Positions 40,439 to 53,491 of a stretch of 64,000 nt of DNA are shown piece by piece. A model generated the notes under the pieces. The model was not told where the DNA came from. It made no database searches and was given only the letters and a program-made list of their open reading frames with translations. Every line of letters starts with the position of its first letter. Positions within the stretch are counted from its first letter, which is position 1. Location: NCBI GenBank assembly GCA_963776345.1, contig CAVZMH010000007.1, positions 1-64,000 on the forward strand. Direction: 5' to 3'. Made by a program: the position numbers and the translations under genes. The stretch is from an uncultured delta proteobacterium (GTDB lineage: Bacteria; Myxococcota; Myxococcia; Myxococcales; Myxococcaceae).

Positions 40439-43400
40439 ATGGCTTCCGAGGACACGTCCGGAGGCTCGGCCCCGCCCGCTGGAGAAGGTCGGGTTGCCGG
40501 GCCCGAGCTGCGCCTGCTGGACCGGCGTGCATTCGTCGGTTTCCCGCCGGTCGAGCTGCGCCCCGGCATCACCGTCGTCGACTTCGGGCTGCAGATCCCC
40601 GACGTCAGCTTTCCCTTCGACGTCGGCTCGGGCGCCCAGCGCTACCAGCGGCGAAAGCTCCACTTCGGCTTCCTCGAGGTCGCGGTCGACGCCGAGCTGA
40701 TCCGGCGCAGCGTCCTGGAGACCACCGGCCCCTCGCTCGAGGTGTCGGACGTCGCGCTCAACTTCCGGCAGGGCTGGCTCGAGGGCGAGGCGCGGCTGAA
40801 GGGCCCCTCGCCGGCCGGAACCACGTTCAAGGTGGCCTTCGACGCCGACGGGGAGCGGCTCGCCGTCTACCTCTACGACGTCCGGATGTACGGGTACTCG
40901 CCGGTGCCCGCGGCCACCGTTCCGCTGGTGCTGTCGCGGGCGGTGCAGAGCGCCGCCGCGCTGCCCGACCTCGAGCTCCGGGGCGCGAACGGCTTCTCGG
41001 CCCGCGTCCTGCCGCAGCTCGTCACCCTGGCCGCCGTGTCCCGCGGGTTCCGCATGCCGTCCCTCGACGGAGCGCGGCTCGCCGCGGTGGAGGTCTCGCC
41101 CCTGGGGCTCCGGCTCCGGTTCGCCTCCGGGGCGCTGCCTCCCCCGGCGCTGCTCGACGAGGAGCTGCTCCTCACGCTCGAGGGCGCCCGCGCCTTCGGC
41201 GAGGCCGAGGCGCTGGTCGCGGCCGGGAAGCTCGCCGAGGCACGCGAGGCGTACCTGCGCGGCGCCGGGGCCGAGGAGGCGCACCCCTTCGCGCTGGAGC
41301 GGCTGCTCGGCCTGCTGGTCGCCGACCCCGCCTCGCACGAGTACGCGCTCGACGTGGTCGAGACGCTGGCCCGCCGCCGCCCGGGGAGCGCCGCGCCGCT
41401 CTGGGCCGAGGCCATCGTCCGCGAGCGCCGGGGTGAGCCGGCCCGCAGCGCCGAGCGGTGGCTCGCGCTGGTGGAGCTGGCGCGGAAGCGCGGGGACGAC
41501 GCGTCGGCGTTCAACGCCGCCCAGGCCGCGGCCCGCGTCGCCGAGGGTCACGCGCCGCAGATGGCGGTGAGAGCGCTGCACGCCGTCCTCGGCATCCGCC
41601 CGGACCATCTGCCGGCGCTCCGCTCGCTGGCCCGCGCGGCGGATCAGGCGCAGGACCGCGCCGGGGCGCTCCGCGCGTACCGCCGCCTGTCGGCGCTCGC
41701 CCGTGACCCGCTCGAGTCCGCCGAGGCGCACGTCCACCTCGCGCGCCTGTCCGCGCTGAGCGAGGACGACGTCGCCGGCGCCCGGCTCCACTGCGAGGCG
41801 GCGCTCAGGCTCGCGCCGGACCTGCCGCCGGCGCTCGAGCTGCTCGGCGAGCTCTGCGCCCGTGCAGGCGAACCGCTCCGGGCGCTGAAGGCCTTCGACC
41901 GGCTCCGCGACGTGGCGCTCGGGCGGCACGACCTCGGCCTGGTCGGCCGGGCCAACCTCCGCGCCGGCGAGGTCTGGGAGACGGGCCTGAAGCAGCTGGA
42001 CAACGCGCTCCTCCGCTACCGCGAGGCGGTCTCGCTCCTCCCGGGCGACGTGGTGGCGCTGGTGGCGCAGGCCCGCGCCGCCGAGGGGCTGGGCCGGGTC
42101 GCCGAGGCCGTCACCGGCTACCAGCAGGCGGTGGAGCTGGCCGGTCCGTTGCCGACCGACGCCGGCGTTCGTCGCGCCGCCCACGCCGCGCACCACGCCC
42201 TCGCCGCGCTGGCCCAGAGCCGCTTCGCGGACCAGGTCCAGGCCCGCGAGCACTGGGAGGCCGCCCTGGCCCTGGTACCCGACGACGCGAGGGCGCTCGA
42301 GGCGCTGGTCCCGGCCTGGCGCGCGGCGGGAGATCCGGCCGCGCTGGCCCGGGCGCTCGAGCGTGCCGCGCCCACGGCGCAGGATCCGGTCCGCCGGGCC
42401 GCCTTCCTCGCCGAGGCCGGCGAGCTGCACCGCACCCGGCTCGCCGCGCCCGAGAAGGCGGAGGCTCTCCTCGTCCGGGCAATCGACGCCGACCCGAGGA
42501 ACCGCGCCGCGCTGGAGGGCCTGGTGGCGCTGGGAGAGGCCCGGCGCGACGGGCCGCTGCTCGTCCGCTGCCTGTCGACGCTCTCCGAGCTGGCCCGCGA
42601 TGGCGCCGACCGGGCGCGCTTCCTCCGCCGGCTGGCCGTCGCGGCAAAGGACCTCGCCTCGGACCTGGAGGTCGCCGCGCGCGCCCTCTCCGAGGTGCTG
42701 AGGCTCGAGCCCGACGACCTCCTCGCCTGGGGCGAGCTCTGCGCGCTCCAGCGCCGCCGCGCCGACATGCCCGGCCTGGCCACCGCGCTCGCCGCCCGGG
42801 CCCGGGTGGCCGAGGTGCAGGCGGACCCGCGCCTCGCCGCGGGTTGCCTCCGCGAGCTGGCCCAGGTGGAAGAGGCCCGGCTGGGCCGGTTCGGCGAGGC
42901 CCTGGTGGCGCTGGAGAAGGCTGCCCGCCTCGACCCGCGCCCCGAGGTGCTGCTCGAGCTCGCCGACCTCTCGCTTCGCTGCGAGCGTCCGGAGCACGCC
43001 CGCCGCGCGCTGGAGGACGTCCTGGTCACGCTGCCCCGGACCGGCTCGCCGGAGAAGCTCGCCGAGGTGCGCGCCAAGCTCGGCCAGGCCTGCGAGATGA
43101 CCGGCGACCTCGCCGCCGCCGCGGCGCACTACGCCGAGGCGCTGCCCTACCGCCGCGGGGACGACGCCCTCGCCGCGCGGCTCGAGGGGCTCTACGAGAA
43201 GCTCGGCCGCTCGAAGGAGCTGGCCGAGGTGTGGGCGCTCCGGGCGCGGCAGCTGCTCGCCGAGGGACGCACCGAGGCGGCCGCCCCTCTGCTCTTCAAG
43301 GGCGCCCGGGCGCTGCTCGACTCCGGCCAGCGCGACGCCGCGCACCGGCAGCTCTACGCCGCGCTCGAGGTGGCGCCGCGCGGGCTGCTCGCCGGGCAGA

Positions 43401-46400
43401 TCCTCGAGGCGCTCGCCGAGCTCGAGCTCTCCGCGGGGAACCGCCCCGAGGCCGCCACGCTGCTCGCGCGCCAGGCCGCGCTGATCGCCGACCCGCTCGC
43501 CGCCGCCCGGCTCTTCCTCCGCGCCGCCGAGCTGGCGAGGGGCGAGGCCCGCGAGGGTGGGCTGCTCGAGGATGCGCTCCGGCTCGACCCGGCGCTCGCC
43601 GCCGCGCGCGTCCGTCGCGCCGAGTTGCACCTCGCCCGCGAGCCGCGCCGCGCGCTGGAGGACCTCGAGGCGGCGCTCTCGCTCGCCCGCGCCAATCCGG
43701 CGGTCGTGCCGCCTGCCGAGCGCAAGCGGCTGGAGCGCCTGGCCGCGGAGAGCGCCGTCCGCGCCGGGGACCCCGAGGCCGCCCGCCGGCACCTCGCCGC
43801 CTACGCCGACGCCGCCCCCGACGACGTCGACGCGCTCCTCCAGCTCGCCGCCCTGCACCGCAGCGCGGGCGCGGTCGAGGCGCTGGCCGCGCTCCTCCTG
43901 GGCCTCTGGCCACGGCTCTCGGGCGAGCAGGCCCGCGCGGTGTGCAAGGAGCTGGTGGAGCTGTCGCTCGAGCTGCACCGGCCGAGCGAGGCGCTCGACG
44001 CGCTCCGCCGGCTGGTGGAGCTCTCGCCCGACGACGTGTGGGCGCTCGAGACCCTGGTCTCGCTCCTGCCGCCGGCCGTGCCGGGCAGCGACACCGAGGC
44101 CCTGGCGCTTCGCACCCGGCTGGTCGACCTGACCTCCGGCGCCGCGCGGGCGCACCACCGGGTGGAGCGGGCCCGGCTCCTCCGGGCCCGCGGGGACCGC
44201 GCCGCCGCGCGGGAGGAGCTCACCCGCGCCGCCGGCGAGTCGGCCGAGCCCGCGCTGCTCTGGCGCGAGGTGGCGCTGCTCGCCCAGGCCTCGGACGACG
44301 CGCCGGGCGAGGTGGAGGCGTGGCAGCGGGCGCTGGAGCGCGATGGGTCGGTCTCCGCCGAGGCCGCGCCGCGGCTGCTCGCGCTGGGCCGCGGCCTACT
44401 GGACAGCCGGCCGGACCTGGCCGAGGCCGCCCTCCGCGAGGCGAGCCAGCGCGGGGGGGCCGCCGAGGCGCTGGAGGCCTGGCGGTCCCTGTCACGCCTG
44501 GAGCGCCGCCGCGGCCGGATGGAGGCCGCCTCCGAGGCGCTGCTGCGCGCCGCCGAGCTCGCGCCCGAGCCGCTCCGCGCCGACGTCCTGCTCGAGCGCG
44601 CCGAGCTCGCCGAGGAGCGCGGGGACTCCGCCGGCGCCGCGGACAGCTACCGGCGGGTGCTCCAGCTCTCGCCCCGTCATCCGCGGGCGCTCCCCCGGCT
44701 CCGCGCGCTGCTCGAGCACGCGGCCGACTGGCCGTCGGTCGCCGAGCTGCTGGAGCTCGAGGCGGAGCGGGCCCCGCGCGAACGGGCCGCCGCGCTCTTC
44801 GCCGAGCTGGGGACGCTGCTCGATGAGCGGCTGGGTCGCGCCGACGCGGCCGAGGCGGCGCTCCGGCGGTCGGTGCAGCTCGAGCCCGACTCGCCGACGA
44901 CGCTCGAGCGGCTGGTCGCCCTGCAGCTCCGCCGTGGCGCCTGGGCCGACGCTTCCCCCTTCCTCTCGCGGCTCCCCTCGCTGCTCCCGGCCGAGCGGGC
45001 CGCGGCCCTGCTCCGGCAGGCGGCGCAGCTCGCGTCCAGCGGGCTCGACGGCGCGGCGGCGCTCGCCCTCCGTCGCCAGGCGCACGGGCTGGTGCCGGCC
45101 ACCGGCGACGAGCTGGCCGAGCTCGCGCTCTCGCTCTATGCCGGTGGCTCGCGCGCCGAGGCGCTCCCGCTCTTCACCGCCGTGGTCTCCGGGCTCGATC
45201 GGGGCAGCCCGCCGGCCCGCGAGGCCGAGGTGCTGCTCGCCCATGCCGACCTGCTCGCCGAGGCGGGCGAGCTCGCGCAGGCCGAGGCGACGCTGCGCCG
45301 TCTGGCGGCCCGCCCCGATGCGCCCGCGGCGGCCGTGGAGCGCCTCGCCGAGCTGCGCGCCCGGACCGACCCGCGCGAGGCCATCGAGCTGCTGGCAAGC
45401 CACCAGCTCCGCCAGCCTCCCTCGGAGGAGGTGGGGCGTGCGCTGCTGACGCTGGCCGAGAGCGCGCGCTCCGAGCTGGCGGACCCCGAGCTGGCCGAGC
45501 GCCTCCTGCTCGGCGCCGCCGCCGCGCTCCCCGAGCCCCTGCCCGCCCACCAGGCCCGCGCCGCGCTGCACCGGGAGACCGGACACACCGGTGCGCTGCT
45601 CGAGGCGCTTCAGGCCACGGCCGACCAGGCCTTCCGCCGGGGAGACTTCGCGCTCGCCTCGCGGTCGCTGGAGGAGCTCGCCGACGTCGCCACCCGGGCC
45701 GATCGCCCCGAGGACGCGCTCGAGGCGCTGGCCCGGCTCCGGACCGCGCTCGAGGGCGCCGACCGGAGCAAGGACGCCGCGGCGGTGGAGCGCCGCCGGG
45801 CGACGCTCTTCCTCGACGCGCGCGGCGATGCCACCGCGGCGAGCGCGGCGCTCGCCCGGGCGTTCGAGCTCGCTCCCGAGGTCGAGACCGCCACCCAGCT
45901 CGCCGACCTCGCGGCGCGCCGGGGCGATACCCGGGCGCGGGCAGGCTGGCTGCAGCGCAGCGTCCCGCTCCTGCCCACGGCCGAGGCCCGGGCCACCGCG
46001 CTGGTCCAGATCGCCGAGCTGCACGCCGGTCCGCTGGGAGACGAGGCCGGGGCCGAGTCGGTGGTCCGCGACGCGCTGGCCGAGGTCCCGGGCCATCCCG
46101 CCGCCGAGTCGCTGCTGGTGCAGCTGCTCGAGCGTTCGGGACGCGGCGCCGACCTCGCCGCGTACTACGTCGCCGCCGCCCGGAGCCGGACCGAGGGCGC
46201 GGCCCGGGCGCACCTCCTCCGCCGCGCCGCGGGGCTCTATCGCGGCCTCGGCAAGGACGACCAGGCGCTGGACGCGCTCTCCGCCGCGCACGGCTCTGCG
46301 CCCGCGGACACCTCCATCACCGCCGAGCTCGCCGACCTGCTCGTCTCCCGGAACCAGGACGCGGACGCCGCGCCGTTCGATGCGCTCCTGCTCCAGGCCG

Positions 46401-49400
46401 ACCCCTTCCATCCCGTCTACCAGCGTCACGCGGCGCGGCTGGCGGCGATGGGCGATCGGATCGCGCTCGGCCGCCTCGAGGTGGCGCGGGCCGAGCGGCA
46501 GGTGGGCGCCGAGGCGGCGCGGAGCTGGCTCGGCGCGGCCGCGGCCCTGCGCGCCGGCGGACGCGAGGACGAGGCGCGCGCCGCCGAGGACCGGGCCTTC
46601 GACCACGCACCGGAGCTCGATGCTGCCTTCGCCGCGCGCCGTGCCCGGGTCGAGGGCGACGTCCGCGCCCTGGCCGAGCTCCTGGCCCAGCGCGCCCGCG
46701 CCGTTCCCACCGAGGCGCCCGCGCTGCTCGCCGAGCGCGCCGAGCTGCTCACCCGCGCCGGGGAGGCGCTGCTCGCCGCCGAGGCCTGGGACGAGCTGCT
46801 CGGCGTCCGGCCCGACGAGGTGAAGGCCCTGCTCGCCCGCGGTGACCTGGCGGCCGCCGCGGGCGGACCCACCGCCGCGCAGCCCTACGACCGCCGGGCG
46901 CTGCAGCTCGCCCCCGACCTGCCCACCGCGCAGCGCACCCGGCTCCAGCTCCGGCTGGGCAACGCCGCGCTCTCGGCCGGCGCGCTGCACGACGCCGCCG
47001 ACGCGCTGGAGGCGGTGGTGGCCGCCGACCCCGACGGAGAGCGCGGGCGCGAGGCGCTGTCCCTCCTCGCCGAGGTGCACGGGCGCCGGCAGGACGCCCC
47101 GGGGCTGTTCCGCACCTCCGTCCTGCTCGCGCGCGCCGCGCGCCCCGAGGAGGCCGAGGCGCTCTACCGTCGCGCCTCCGCCCTGGTGGAGGACCCCGTC
47201 GAGGCGCTCGAGGCGCTCCTGCCGCTGGCCGAGCTCCGGCCGGCCGAGAGCGCGGTGGTGGACCGCGCGCTGGCCGGGCTGCGCGCCGTCTCCCGCCACG
47301 ACGAGCTGCTCGCCCTCCTCGAGCGCGGGGCGCAGGCCTCCGGGGGCTCGCGCGCCGCCGACCTCCTGATGGAGGCGGCCCAGGTGGCGACCGAGGTGTT
47401 CCACGACGAGGCCCGCGCGCTCGCGCTGGTCGAGCGCGCCCACCAGGCCGACCCGGAGAACCTCGCCGCGCTCCGCGCCCTCGCCGAGAGCTACCGCCGC
47501 CGCCGCGAGACCGAGCCGCTGGTCGTCGTCCTCCGCGGGCTGGTCGCGGGCACGCCCCAGAGCGAGGAGTCGGCGCCGCTGAAGCTCGAGCTGGCGCGGC
47601 TGCTCCTCCAGCGTGGCGAGACCGACGAGGCCCGCGGGCTGCTCGAGCCGCTCGCCGCCGGCGGCCGCTCGGGCCCCGGGTACGCCGAGGCTCTCGAGCT
47701 GCTGGTCCCGCTCCTCGACGGCGCGGACGACGCGCTCGCCAGGTCCACCGTGCTCGCCGCCCGCGCCGAGATGGCCCAGGGCTCCGAGCGCGCCCGGCTG
47801 CTCTACGAGGCCGCACGCGCCGCGCAGCAGGCCGGGGACGAGGCGCGGGCCGCCCGGCTCGCCCGGGCCTCGGTGGCCACCGAGGCCAGCCAGGATGCGC
47901 TCCTGCTCCTGGCCAGCCTGATGCGGGACGCGAGCGAGATGGCCAAGGCGGCGGCCTCGCTCACCCAGGCCGCGCAGCTCGCCTCGCCCGAGGACCGCCC
48001 CCGGCTGCTGCTCGAGGCCGCCGACGCGTGGGAGAGCGCGAGAGACCCCGCCGAGGCCCAGGAGCTGCTCGAGCGCGTTGCCCGGCTCCACCCCGAGACG
48101 CTCGGGCCCGGCGCCTGGGCCGCGCGCTTCCTCCGGCTCGGCGCCCGGGCGCCGGCCATCGAGCACGGGTACGAGCCGCTCCTCGCCCAGGGCGCCTTCG
48201 CCCAGACGCTGGAGATCGCCGAGGCGCTCGAGGACGCGCCGCGCATCCGCCAGAGCCTGTGGGGGCTGGCCCAGGCTCCGGCCGGAGCCGAGGCGCTGCG
48301 CCGGCTGGGCAAGCAGCTCCTCCGGGAGGGCACCGGCGCCGAGCGGCAAGCCTGCGCCGAGCTCGCCGAGTCGCGCCGGGCGATGGACCTCGCGGTCGCG
48401 CTCCACCGGGCCATCCTCCTCTCGCCGGCAGCCGAGGCCTCGGACGAGGAGCGGCTTCGCGCGCTCCAGCGGCTCCAGGCGCTGGGCGAGCTGAACTCGT
48501 CGCTCCTCGAGGCGCTGGAGCGGGTCGACGCCAGCACCTCGCCGGCGCTGGTGGAGGCGCTGCTCCAGCAGCTCCGCAACCGCCGCGGCGCCGAGCGGGA
48601 GCGCGGCCTGCGCCTCCTCGCCGCGCGGGCGCCGTCCCGGGCCGCCGAGCTGTGGCAGGCGCTGTTCGAGCAGGCGCGCGACGACAATCGGCTCGAGGAT
48701 GCCGCCTCGGCGCTCGCGGGCTGGGTGGAGGCCACGCCGGATCCGGTGCAGCGGGCCGGGCTCCGGGTCCAGGCCGGGGACCTGGCGCTGGCGATCGGAT
48801 GGACCGACGCCGCCCGCGCCACCTGGGCCCAGGCCGCGGCCGAGGACCCGACGTCGGTGCAGGCCGCGAGCAAGCTCCTGGCCCTCACCTCGGCGGAGGC
48901 GGATCCGGCCGAGTTCGCCGAGCTGGCCGAGCGGCTGAGCTCGCTGGCCGGCGACGAGGCGCTCAACGGCCGGCAGGACGAGCTGGTGCTCGCCTACGTC
49001 CGGCTGGGCCGGGCCGCCGACGCGCTGGGCGTCCTGGCGCAGCTCCCGGCCACCGAGGGGCGGATCCGCCAGCGGGCGGAGCTCGCCGAGTCGCTCGGCC
49101 GTACGCAGGAGGCGCTCGCGCTCCGCGAGCAGCTGGCGCACACCCCCGAGGAACGCGAGGCCCTGGCGCTCGGCGCGCTCCGGGCGGGACGCCACGCCGA
49201 CGTGGTTCGCATCCTCGCCCCGATGCGCTCGGCGGAGTCGCTGTCGCCCGCGTCGCGGCGCGAGTTCGCCGCCGCCCTGGCCCCGACCGAGGTGGGCGCG
49301 CCACTGGCGGTGCAGCTCTGGACGCTCCTGCTCTCGGAGAATCCGGTGGATGCCGAGGGCTGGGCGCTGCACGCCGAGGCGCTCCGGCGCTCGGGACGTC

Positions 49401-49975
49401 CCGAGGCGGCCACCCGCTCGGTGGCCTTCGGAAACCTCTTCGCCGGCGAGGAGACGGCCTCCGCGCCGGTCCCCGTGGAGCCCGTCGCCCGGGGGGCGGT
49501 ACGCAGCTCGGTCACCCTGCCTGGCGGCGTGCTGGCAATCACCGCCGAGGAGATGCCGACCCTCCGCACCGTGCTGGAGGAGGCGCTCGCCGCGCTCGGG
49601 GCGCCGGAGGTCCAGGTCTGGCTGGATCCGGCCGGGGCCTCCGAGGCCTGGCTCTCCGGGCCGAACGACCTGGTGCTGGGCGCCGGAGCGCTCTCGGTGT
49701 TCGGTCCGCTGGAGATCAACTTCCTGGTCGCGCTCGCCCTCGCGCTCGGTGACCAGGGACAGGCGCTGACCTGGCCGGGCGAGGTGCCCGGGCTCGAGGC
49801 GGCCGCGGCGGCGGCGTTCTCCGCCGTTCCCTCTCCGGGAGCCGCGGCGAGGGTGCTCCTCTGGCTGGATCCGGTGGCGCGCGGCGCCGACGTCGACACG
49901 GTGGATCCGGCCGCGGTGCTGACCGGGAGCGCGGCGCTCGCCGCCGTGGTCCAGCGCGCGCTCCAGCTCGTGTAA
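40439..49975 (+). CDS. Giant (3178 aa) tetratricopeptide-repeat protein, myxobacterial type
   Basis: Uninterrupted 9.5-kb frame with GC3 bias and many helical repeats of the type A...YxxAL.L.P.d..AL..L. There is no signal peptide. ATG 40439 is preferred over TTG/GTG further upstream. Confidence 0.85.
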   Translation: MASEDTSGGSAPPAGEGRVAGPELRLLDRRAFVGFPPVELRPGITVVDFGLQIPDVSFPFDVGSGAQRYQRRKLHFGFLEVAVDAELIRRSVLETTGPSLEVSDVALNFRQGWLEGEARLKGPSPAGTTFKVAFDADGERLAVYLYDVRMYGYSPVPAATVPLVLSRAVQSAAALPDLELRGANGFSARVLPQLVTLAAVSRGFRMPSLDGARLAAVEVSPLGLRLRFASGALPPPALLDEELLLTLEGARAFGEAEALVAAGKLAEAREAYLRGAGAEEAHPFALERLLGLLVADPASHEYALDVVETLARRRPGSAAPLWAEAIVRERRGEPARSAERWLALVELARKRGDDASAFNAAQAAARVAEGHAPQMAVRALHAVLGIRPDHLPALRSLARAADQAQDRAGALRAYRRLSALARDPLESAEAHVHLARLSALSEDDVAGARLHCEAALRLAPDLPPALELLGELCARAGEPLRALKAFDRLRDVALGRHDLGLVGRANLRAGEVWETGLKQLDNALLRYREAVSLLPGDVVALVAQARAAEGLGRVAEAVTGYQQAVELAGPLPTDAGVRRAAHAAHHALAALAQSRFADQVQAREHWEAALALVPDDARALEALVPAWRAAGDPAALARALERAAPTAQDPVRRAAFLAEAGELHRTRLAAPEKAEALLVRAIDADPRNRAALEGLVALGEARRDGPLLVRCLSTLSELARDGADRARFLRRLAVAAKDLASDLEVAARALSEVLRLEPDDLLAWGELCALQRRRADMPGLATALAARARVAEVQADPRLAAGCLRELAQVEEARLGRFGEALVALEKAARLDPRPEVLLELADLSLRCERPEHARRALEDVLVTLPRTGSPEKLAEVRAKLGQACEMTGDLAAAAAHYAEALPYRRGDDALAARLEGLYEKLGRSKELAEVWALRARQLLAEGRTEAAAPLLFKGARALLDSGQRDAAHRQLYAALEVAPRGLLAGQILEALAELELSAGNRPEAATLLARQAALIADPLAAARLFLRAAELARGEAREGGLLEDALRLDPALAAARVRRAELHLAREPRRALEDLEAALSLARANPAVVPPAERKRLERLAAESAVRAGDPEAARRHLAAYADAAPDDVDALLQLAALHRSAGAVEALAALLLGLWPRLSGEQARAVCKELVELSLELHRPSEALDALRRLVELSPDDVWALETLVSLLPPAVPGSDTEALALRTRLVDLTSGAARAHHRVERARLLRARGDRAAAREELTRAAGESAEPALLWREVALLAQASDDAPGEVEAWQRALERDGSVSAEAAPRLLALGRGLLDSRPDLAEAALREASQRGGAAEALEAWRSLSRLERRRGRMEAASEALLRAAELAPEPLRADVLLERAELAEERGDSAGAADSYRRVLQLSPRHPRALPRLRALLEHAADWPSVAELLELEAERAPRERAAALFAELGTLLDERLGRADAAEAALRRSVQLEPDSPTTLERLVALQLRRGAWADASPFLSRLPSLLPAERAAALLRQAAQLASSGLDGAAALALRRQAHGLVPATGDELAELALSLYAGGSRAEALPLFTAVVSGLDRGSPPAREAEVLLAHADLLAEAGELAQAEATLRRLAARPDAPAAAVERLAELRARTDPREAIELLASHQLRQPPSEEVGRALLTLAESARSELADPELAERLLLGAAAALPEPLPAHQARAALHRETGHTGALLEALQATADQAFRRGDFALASRSLEELADVATRADRPEDALEALARLRTALEGADRSKDAAAVERRRATLFLDARGDATAASAALARAFELAPEVETATQLADLAARRGDTRARAGWLQRSVPLLPTAEARATALVQIAELHAGPLGDEAGAESVVRDALAEVPGHPAAESLLVQLLERSGRGADLAAYYVAAARSRTEGAARAHLLRRAAGLYRGLGKDDQALDALSAAHGSAPADTSITAELADLLVSRNQDADAAPFDALLLQADPFHPVYQRHAARLAAMGDRIALGRLEVARAERQVGAEAARSWLGAAAALRAGGREDEARAAEDRAFDHAPELDAAFAARRARVEGDVRALAELLAQRARAVPTEAPALLAERAELLTRAGEALLAAEAWDELLGVRPDEVKALLARGDLAAAAGGPTAAQPYDRRALQLAPDLPTAQRTRLQLRLGNAALSAGALHDAADALEAVVAADPDGERGREALSLLAEVHGRRQDAPGLFRTSVLLARAARPEEAEALYRRASALVEDPVEALEALLPLAELRPAESAVVDRALAGLRAVSRHDELLALLERGAQASGGSRAADLLMEAAQVATEVFHDEARALALVERAHQADPENLAALRALAESYRRRRETEPLVVVLRGLVAGTPQSEESAPLKLELARLLLQRGETDEARGLLEPLAAGGRSGPGYAEALELLVPLLDGADDALARSTVLAARAEMAQGSERARLLYEAARAAQQAGDEARAARLARASVATEASQDALLLLASLMRDASEMAKAAASLTQAAQLASPEDRPRLLLEAADAWESARDPAEAQELLERVARLHPETLGPGAWAARFLRLGARAPAIEHGYEPLLAQGAFAQTLEIAEALEDAPRIRQSLWGLAQAPAGAEALRRLGKQLLREGTGAERQACAELAESRRAMDLAVALHRAILLSPAAEASDEERLRALQRLQALGELNSSLLEALERVDASTSPALVEALLQQLRNRRGAERERGLRLLAARAPSRAAELWQALFEQARDDNRLEDAASALAGWVEATPDPVQRAGLRVQAGDLALAIGWTDAARATWAQAAAEDPTSVQAASKLLALTSAEADPAEFAELAERLSSLAGDEALNGRQDELVLAYVRLGRAADALGVLAQLPATEGRIRQRAELAESLGRTQEALALREQLAHTPEEREALALGALRAGRHADVVRILAPMRSAESLSPASRREFAAALAPTEVGAPLAVQLWTLLLSENPVDAEGWALHAEALRRSGRPEAATRSVAFGNLFAGEETASAPVPVEPVARGAVRSSVTLPGGVLAITAEEMPTLRTVLEEALAALGAPEVQVWLDPAGASEAWLSGPNDLVLGAGALSVFGPLEINFLVALALALGDQGQALTWPGEVPGLEAAAAAAFSAVPSPGAAARVLLWLDPVARGADVDTVDPAAVLTGSAALAAVVQRALQLV

Positions 49976-49990
49976 GGTCAGCGGCCGATC

Positions 49991-50704
49991 GTGGTCCGTC
50001 CTTCGTCGCTCCTTCCGTTCGCCCTCCTCGGCGCGTCCCTCCTCGCCTGCAAGAGCGAGGTCCCGGTCCCGGGCAAGGAGCGCGTCGGGACGTTCCTGTT
50101 GCAGTCGGTGGGGGACCCGCTCCTCAACGACTGCTCACCGTTCATCCTCGACGCGGGGGTGGACGCGGGCGCGCTCGGCGGCACCTTCGTCGACGCCGGG
50201 GTCATCCTCTCGGTCACCTACAACAGGACCACCGCGCCGGACGGCGGGACGCAGGGCCCCGACGGCGGGCCCATCGAGCCGTACGACGGGGGCTACCTCA
50301 CCTTCGTCGAGGGCTCGGGCTCGCAGTACGGGGTCATCGTCGGCCAGTTCATCGACGTGTCCGCCATCGCGCCGCGCGTCTTCTCGCTCTGCGGCTGCAG
50401 CGGGCTCGACCCGCCAGACATCCAGGTCGAGGAGCGGCACGTCATCGCCCTGCTCAGCGACTCGCAGGCCCGCGCGCTCGGGTCGGTGTCGACCTGCGCC
50501 TCGCCCGAGGTGCTGCTCGACGGCGGCATCCCCGCGGTGGGCGGGAGCATCACCGGCCCGCGCGACCAGAACGGCGTGTGGACCGTGCCGCTGGTCTGCG
50601 GCGTGACCGAGGAGCGAGTCCAGGTGCTCGGGGCGGCCTGCAGCGCCGAGTGCCTCTCCTGCACCCTTCGCTTCTTCATCCAGGGAAGGCCGCTCTCCCA
50701 GTGA
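49991..50704 (+). CDS. Cys-rich lipoprotein of unknown function
   Basis: Lipobox LLAC, DAG/DGG low-complexity motifs typical of myxobacterial lipoproteins, and paired Cys residues. Confidence 0.7.
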   Translation: MVRPSSLLPFALLGASLLACKSEVPVPGKERVGTFLLQSVGDPLLNDCSPFILDAGVDAGALGGTFVDAGVILSVTYNRTTAPDGGTQGPDGGPIEPYDGGYLTFVEGSGSQYGVIVGQFIDVSAIAPRVFSLCGCSGLDPPDIQVEERHVIALLSDSQARALGSVSTCASPEVLLDGGIPAVGGSITGPRDQNGVWTVPLVCGVTEERVQVLGAACSAECLSCTLRFFIQGRPLSQ

Positions 50705-51390
50705 GCGCGCCGCGGGCCGTGGTCCTGCTGTCGGGGGGCCTCGACTCGGCCACCTGCCTGGCCATGGCCCGGAGCGAGGGCTTCCTCTGCAGCTGCCTGC
50801 TGGTGGACTACGGGCAGCGGCACCGGGTGGAGCTCGAGCGGGCGCGGGTGGTCGCCCGGGTGCAGGGGGTGGAGGACGTGCGCGTCGTCCAGGTGGACCT
50901 CCGGGCCATCGGCGGCTCGGCGCTGACCGCGGACCTCGCCGTCCCGAAGGACCGGCCGGAGGCGGAGCGCGGGGCCGGCATCCCGGTGACCTACGTCCCG
51001 GCGCGCAACACGCTCTTCCTCGCCCTGGCGCTGGGGATGGCCGAGACGCTCGGGGCCACCGACCTCTTCATCGGGGTGAACGCGGTGGACTACTCGGGGT
51101 ACCCGGACTGCCGGCCCGAGTTCATCCGCGCCTTCGAGGCGCTGGCCAACCTCGCCACGCGGGCGGGGGTGGAGGGCGCGCGGTTCCGGGTGCACGCGCC
51201 GCTCTCGGGGATGCGGAAGGCGGAGATCATCCAGGCCGGCGTGCGGCTGGGCGTGGACCATGGGCTCACCCACAGCTGCTACGACCCGGACCCGGCAGGC
51301 CGGGCCTGCGGGCGCTGCGACAGCTGTCTCATCCGCCGCGACGGCTTCCGGGCGGCCGGGGTGCCGGACCCGACGCGGTACGCGCCGTGA
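50701..51390 (+). CDS. queC: 7-cyano-7-deazaguanine synthase
   Basis: [30 protein letters not shown] and SCY...CGRCDSC. Confidence 0.95.
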   Translation: MSAPRAVVLLSGGLDSATCLAMARSEGFLCSCLLVDYGQRHRVELERARVVARVQGVEDVRVVQVDLRAIGGSALTADLAVPKDRPEAERGAGIPVTYVPARNTLFLALALGMAETLGATDLFIGVNAVDYSGYPDCRPEFIRAFEALANLATRAGVEGARFRVHAPLSGMRKAEIIQAGVRLGVDHGLTHSCYDPDPAGRACGRCDSCLIRRDGFRAAGVPDPTRYAP

Positions 51391-52001
51391 GCCGGTCGCT
51401 CCTCGTCGCCCTGGCGGGGCTCGCGCTCGGCGGCCGGGATGCGGGGGCTCCCGGAGGCCTGGTGGAGGCGAGCGCGCGGGTCCCGGGCCTGGTGGTCGAG
51501 CTGCGCTACGCGACCGAGGAGAACTTCCTCGGCAAGGCGGTGTACCCCGAGGGGGCGCGCTGTCTCCTGCTGGCCGGGGTGGCCGAGCGGCTGGCGCAGG
51601 CAGCGCGGACGCTGGAGGCGCACGGGTACCGGCTGAAGGCCTGGGACTGCTACCGGCCGATCCACGTGCAGTGGGCGATGTGGAAGCTCGTCCCGCGGAG
51701 AGGGTACGTGGCGGACCCCCACACCGGCAGCAACCACAACCGGGGCGCCGCGGTGGACGTGACGCTGGCCACGCCCGAGGGCGAGCCGGTGGAGATGCCC
51801 ACGCCGTTCGATACCTTCGGCCCGGCCGCGCACCACGGGAGCAGCGCCGGAACGCCGGAGGCGCGGGCGAATCGCGAGACGCTGCGCCAGGCGATGGTGC
51901 AGGCGGGCTTCCGCGCCAACCGGATGGAGTGGTGGCACTACGACGCCCCCGAGGGCCGGGGCGCCCCGGTGCTCGACGTGCCGCTCGGGCCCGCCGACTA
52001 G
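51387..52001 (+). CDS. ddpX: D-alanyl-D-alanine dipeptidase (M15D, VanX/DdpX)
   Basis: [25 protein letters not shown] and EWWHY. Confidence 0.92.
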   Translation: MSRSLLVALAGLALGGRDAGAPGGLVEASARVPGLVVELRYATEENFLGKAVYPEGARCLLLAGVAERLAQAARTLEAHGYRLKAWDCYRPIHVQWAMWKLVPRRGYVADPHTGSNHNRGAAVDVTLATPEGEPVEMPTPFDTFGPAAHHGSSAGTPEARANRETLRQAMVQAGFRANRMEWWHYDAPEGRGAPVLDVPLGPAD

Positions 52002-52035
52002 CCCGGAGAGGCCCCGGTGCCACTAGGCTGCGCCG

Positions 52036-53415
52036 GTGCTCGAGGTGCTCAGGTCCCATCCGGTGGCGGTGGCCGTCCACCTGCTCGGGGTCATCCTTGC
52101 CTTGCGCGTCCTGGTCACCCGGCGGACCCCGCAGAGCCTGATCGCGTGGATGCTGGGGCTGCTCGCCCTCCCCTGGGTGGCGATCCCGCTCTTCCTGCTC
52201 TTCGGGGCCCGCAAGCTGCCGCGAAAGGTGCGCGGAAAGCACGCTCCGCTCCTGCCGCCGGGCGGGCACGCGGCGCTGCCGGACGGACATCCGGCGGCCG
52301 ACGTGCCGCGGGTGCTCCGGACCGAGGGAGTCCCGGGGGTGCGCGACGGGAACGCCTTCGAGCTCCTGGGAACCGGCGAGCGCGCCTACGCGGCCCTGCA
52401 CGCGGCCATCGCCGCCGCCCGGCGGAGCATCGACCTCACCGTGTTCATCCTCGGCGACGACGAGGTGGGCTGGGGCATGCTACGCGCGCTGGCCGACCGC
52501 GCGCGGGCCGGTGCCCGCGTCCGTGTGCTGATCGACGGCGTGGGCTCGCGCAGCATCCGCCGGCGGGCCGGGCGCGAGCTGAGGGCCGCGGGAGGCGAGC
52601 TGCGGGTCTTCATGCCGCTCCTCCACGCGCCGCTGAAGGGGCGCACCAACCTCCGGAGCCACCGGAAGGTCGCGGTGTTCGACGGGCGCCGGGTCTTCAT
52701 GGGCGGGATGAACCTCGCGCTCGACTACATGGGGCCCACCCCGAGACCCGATCGCTGGCGGGACCTGGCGTGCCTTCTCGAGGGACCGGTGGCGAGCGAC
52801 GCCGAGCAGCTCTTCGCCGCGGACTGGGCGTTCGCCGGGGGGCAAGAGCTGGGTCCGGCCGAGGTCCCGCCGCCGGCGGGGAGCGCGGTGGTGCAGCTCG
52901 TGCCCAGCGGCCCGGAGATGAAGACCGACACCTTCTACGACGCGCTGCTCACCGCGCTGTACTCGGCCCGGAGCCACGTGGCGTGCGTCACGCCCTACTA
53001 CGTCCCGGACGACGTGGTGCAGCACGCCTTCGTCCTCTGCGCCCGCCGCGGCGTGCGGACCGAGCTGGTGATGCCCGCGCGCTCCAACCACGCGCTCGCC
53101 GACAACGCCCGGCGCGGGCTGGTGGCCGAGCTGGCCGAGGCCGGGGTGGTGCTCCACTGGTACGGCCGGATGGTGCATGGAAAGGCGATGGTGGTCGACG
53201 ACGCCGTCGCCTACCTCGGCTCTCCCAACCTCGACATGCGGAGCTTCTTCCTCAACTACGAGGACGCGCTGCTCCTGTACTCGCCGCCGGAGATCGCCGC
53301 GGTCCGAGGGTGGATCGCCGCGCTGGCGGACGAGAGCTCCACGACGCAGAGCCCACCCAGCCGGCGCTGGTGGCTCATCGAGGACTTCGCCCGGTTGATG
53401 GCACCGGAGCTCTGA
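52036..53415 (+). CDS. cls: Cardiolipin synthase-like phospholipase D
   Basis: Two N-terminal TMs and two HKD motifs (HRKVAVFD...GGMN; HGKAMVVD...GSPN), plus RSFFLNYE. Confidence 0.88.
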   Translation: MLEVLRSHPVAVAVHLLGVILALRVLVTRRTPQSLIAWMLGLLALPWVAIPLFLLFGARKLPRKVRGKHAPLLPPGGHAALPDGHPAADVPRVLRTEGVPGVRDGNAFELLGTGERAYAALHAAIAAARRSIDLTVFILGDDEVGWGMLRALADRARAGARVRVLIDGVGSRSIRRRAGRELRAAGGELRVFMPLLHAPLKGRTNLRSHRKVAVFDGRRVFMGGMNLALDYMGPTPRPDRWRDLACLLEGPVASDAEQLFAADWAFAGGQELGPAEVPPPAGSAVVQLVPSGPEMKTDTFYDALLTALYSARSHVACVTPYYVPDDVVQHAFVLCARRGVRTELVMPARSNHALADNARRGLVAELAEAGVVLHWYGRMVHGKAMVVDDAVAYLGSPNLDMRSFFLNYEDALLLYSPPEIAAVRGWIAALADESSTTQSPPSRRWWLIEDFARLMAPEL

Positions 53416-53491
53416 GCGGCGCTCTTCCTCCTGGACTCCCGCTCCGAGGAGCTCGATCATCGGAGCCTGCAGCGCGGACAAGGGGGGTTCC

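Noticed and set aside
50701..51390. QueC as part of a defence system (Qat, Dpd, type IV CBASS)
   Set aside because: The protein has canonical length and motifs, and its neighbours are envelope genes. There are no TGT/DpdA, ATPase, TatD or cyclase genes. There is also no room for a preQ1 riboswitch, because the start overlaps the upstream gene.
51387..52001. VanX as evidence of a glycopeptide-resistance cluster
   Set aside because: No vanH, vanA, vanR or vanS is nearby. Stand-alone DdpX-type dipeptidases are common in Gram-negative bacteria.
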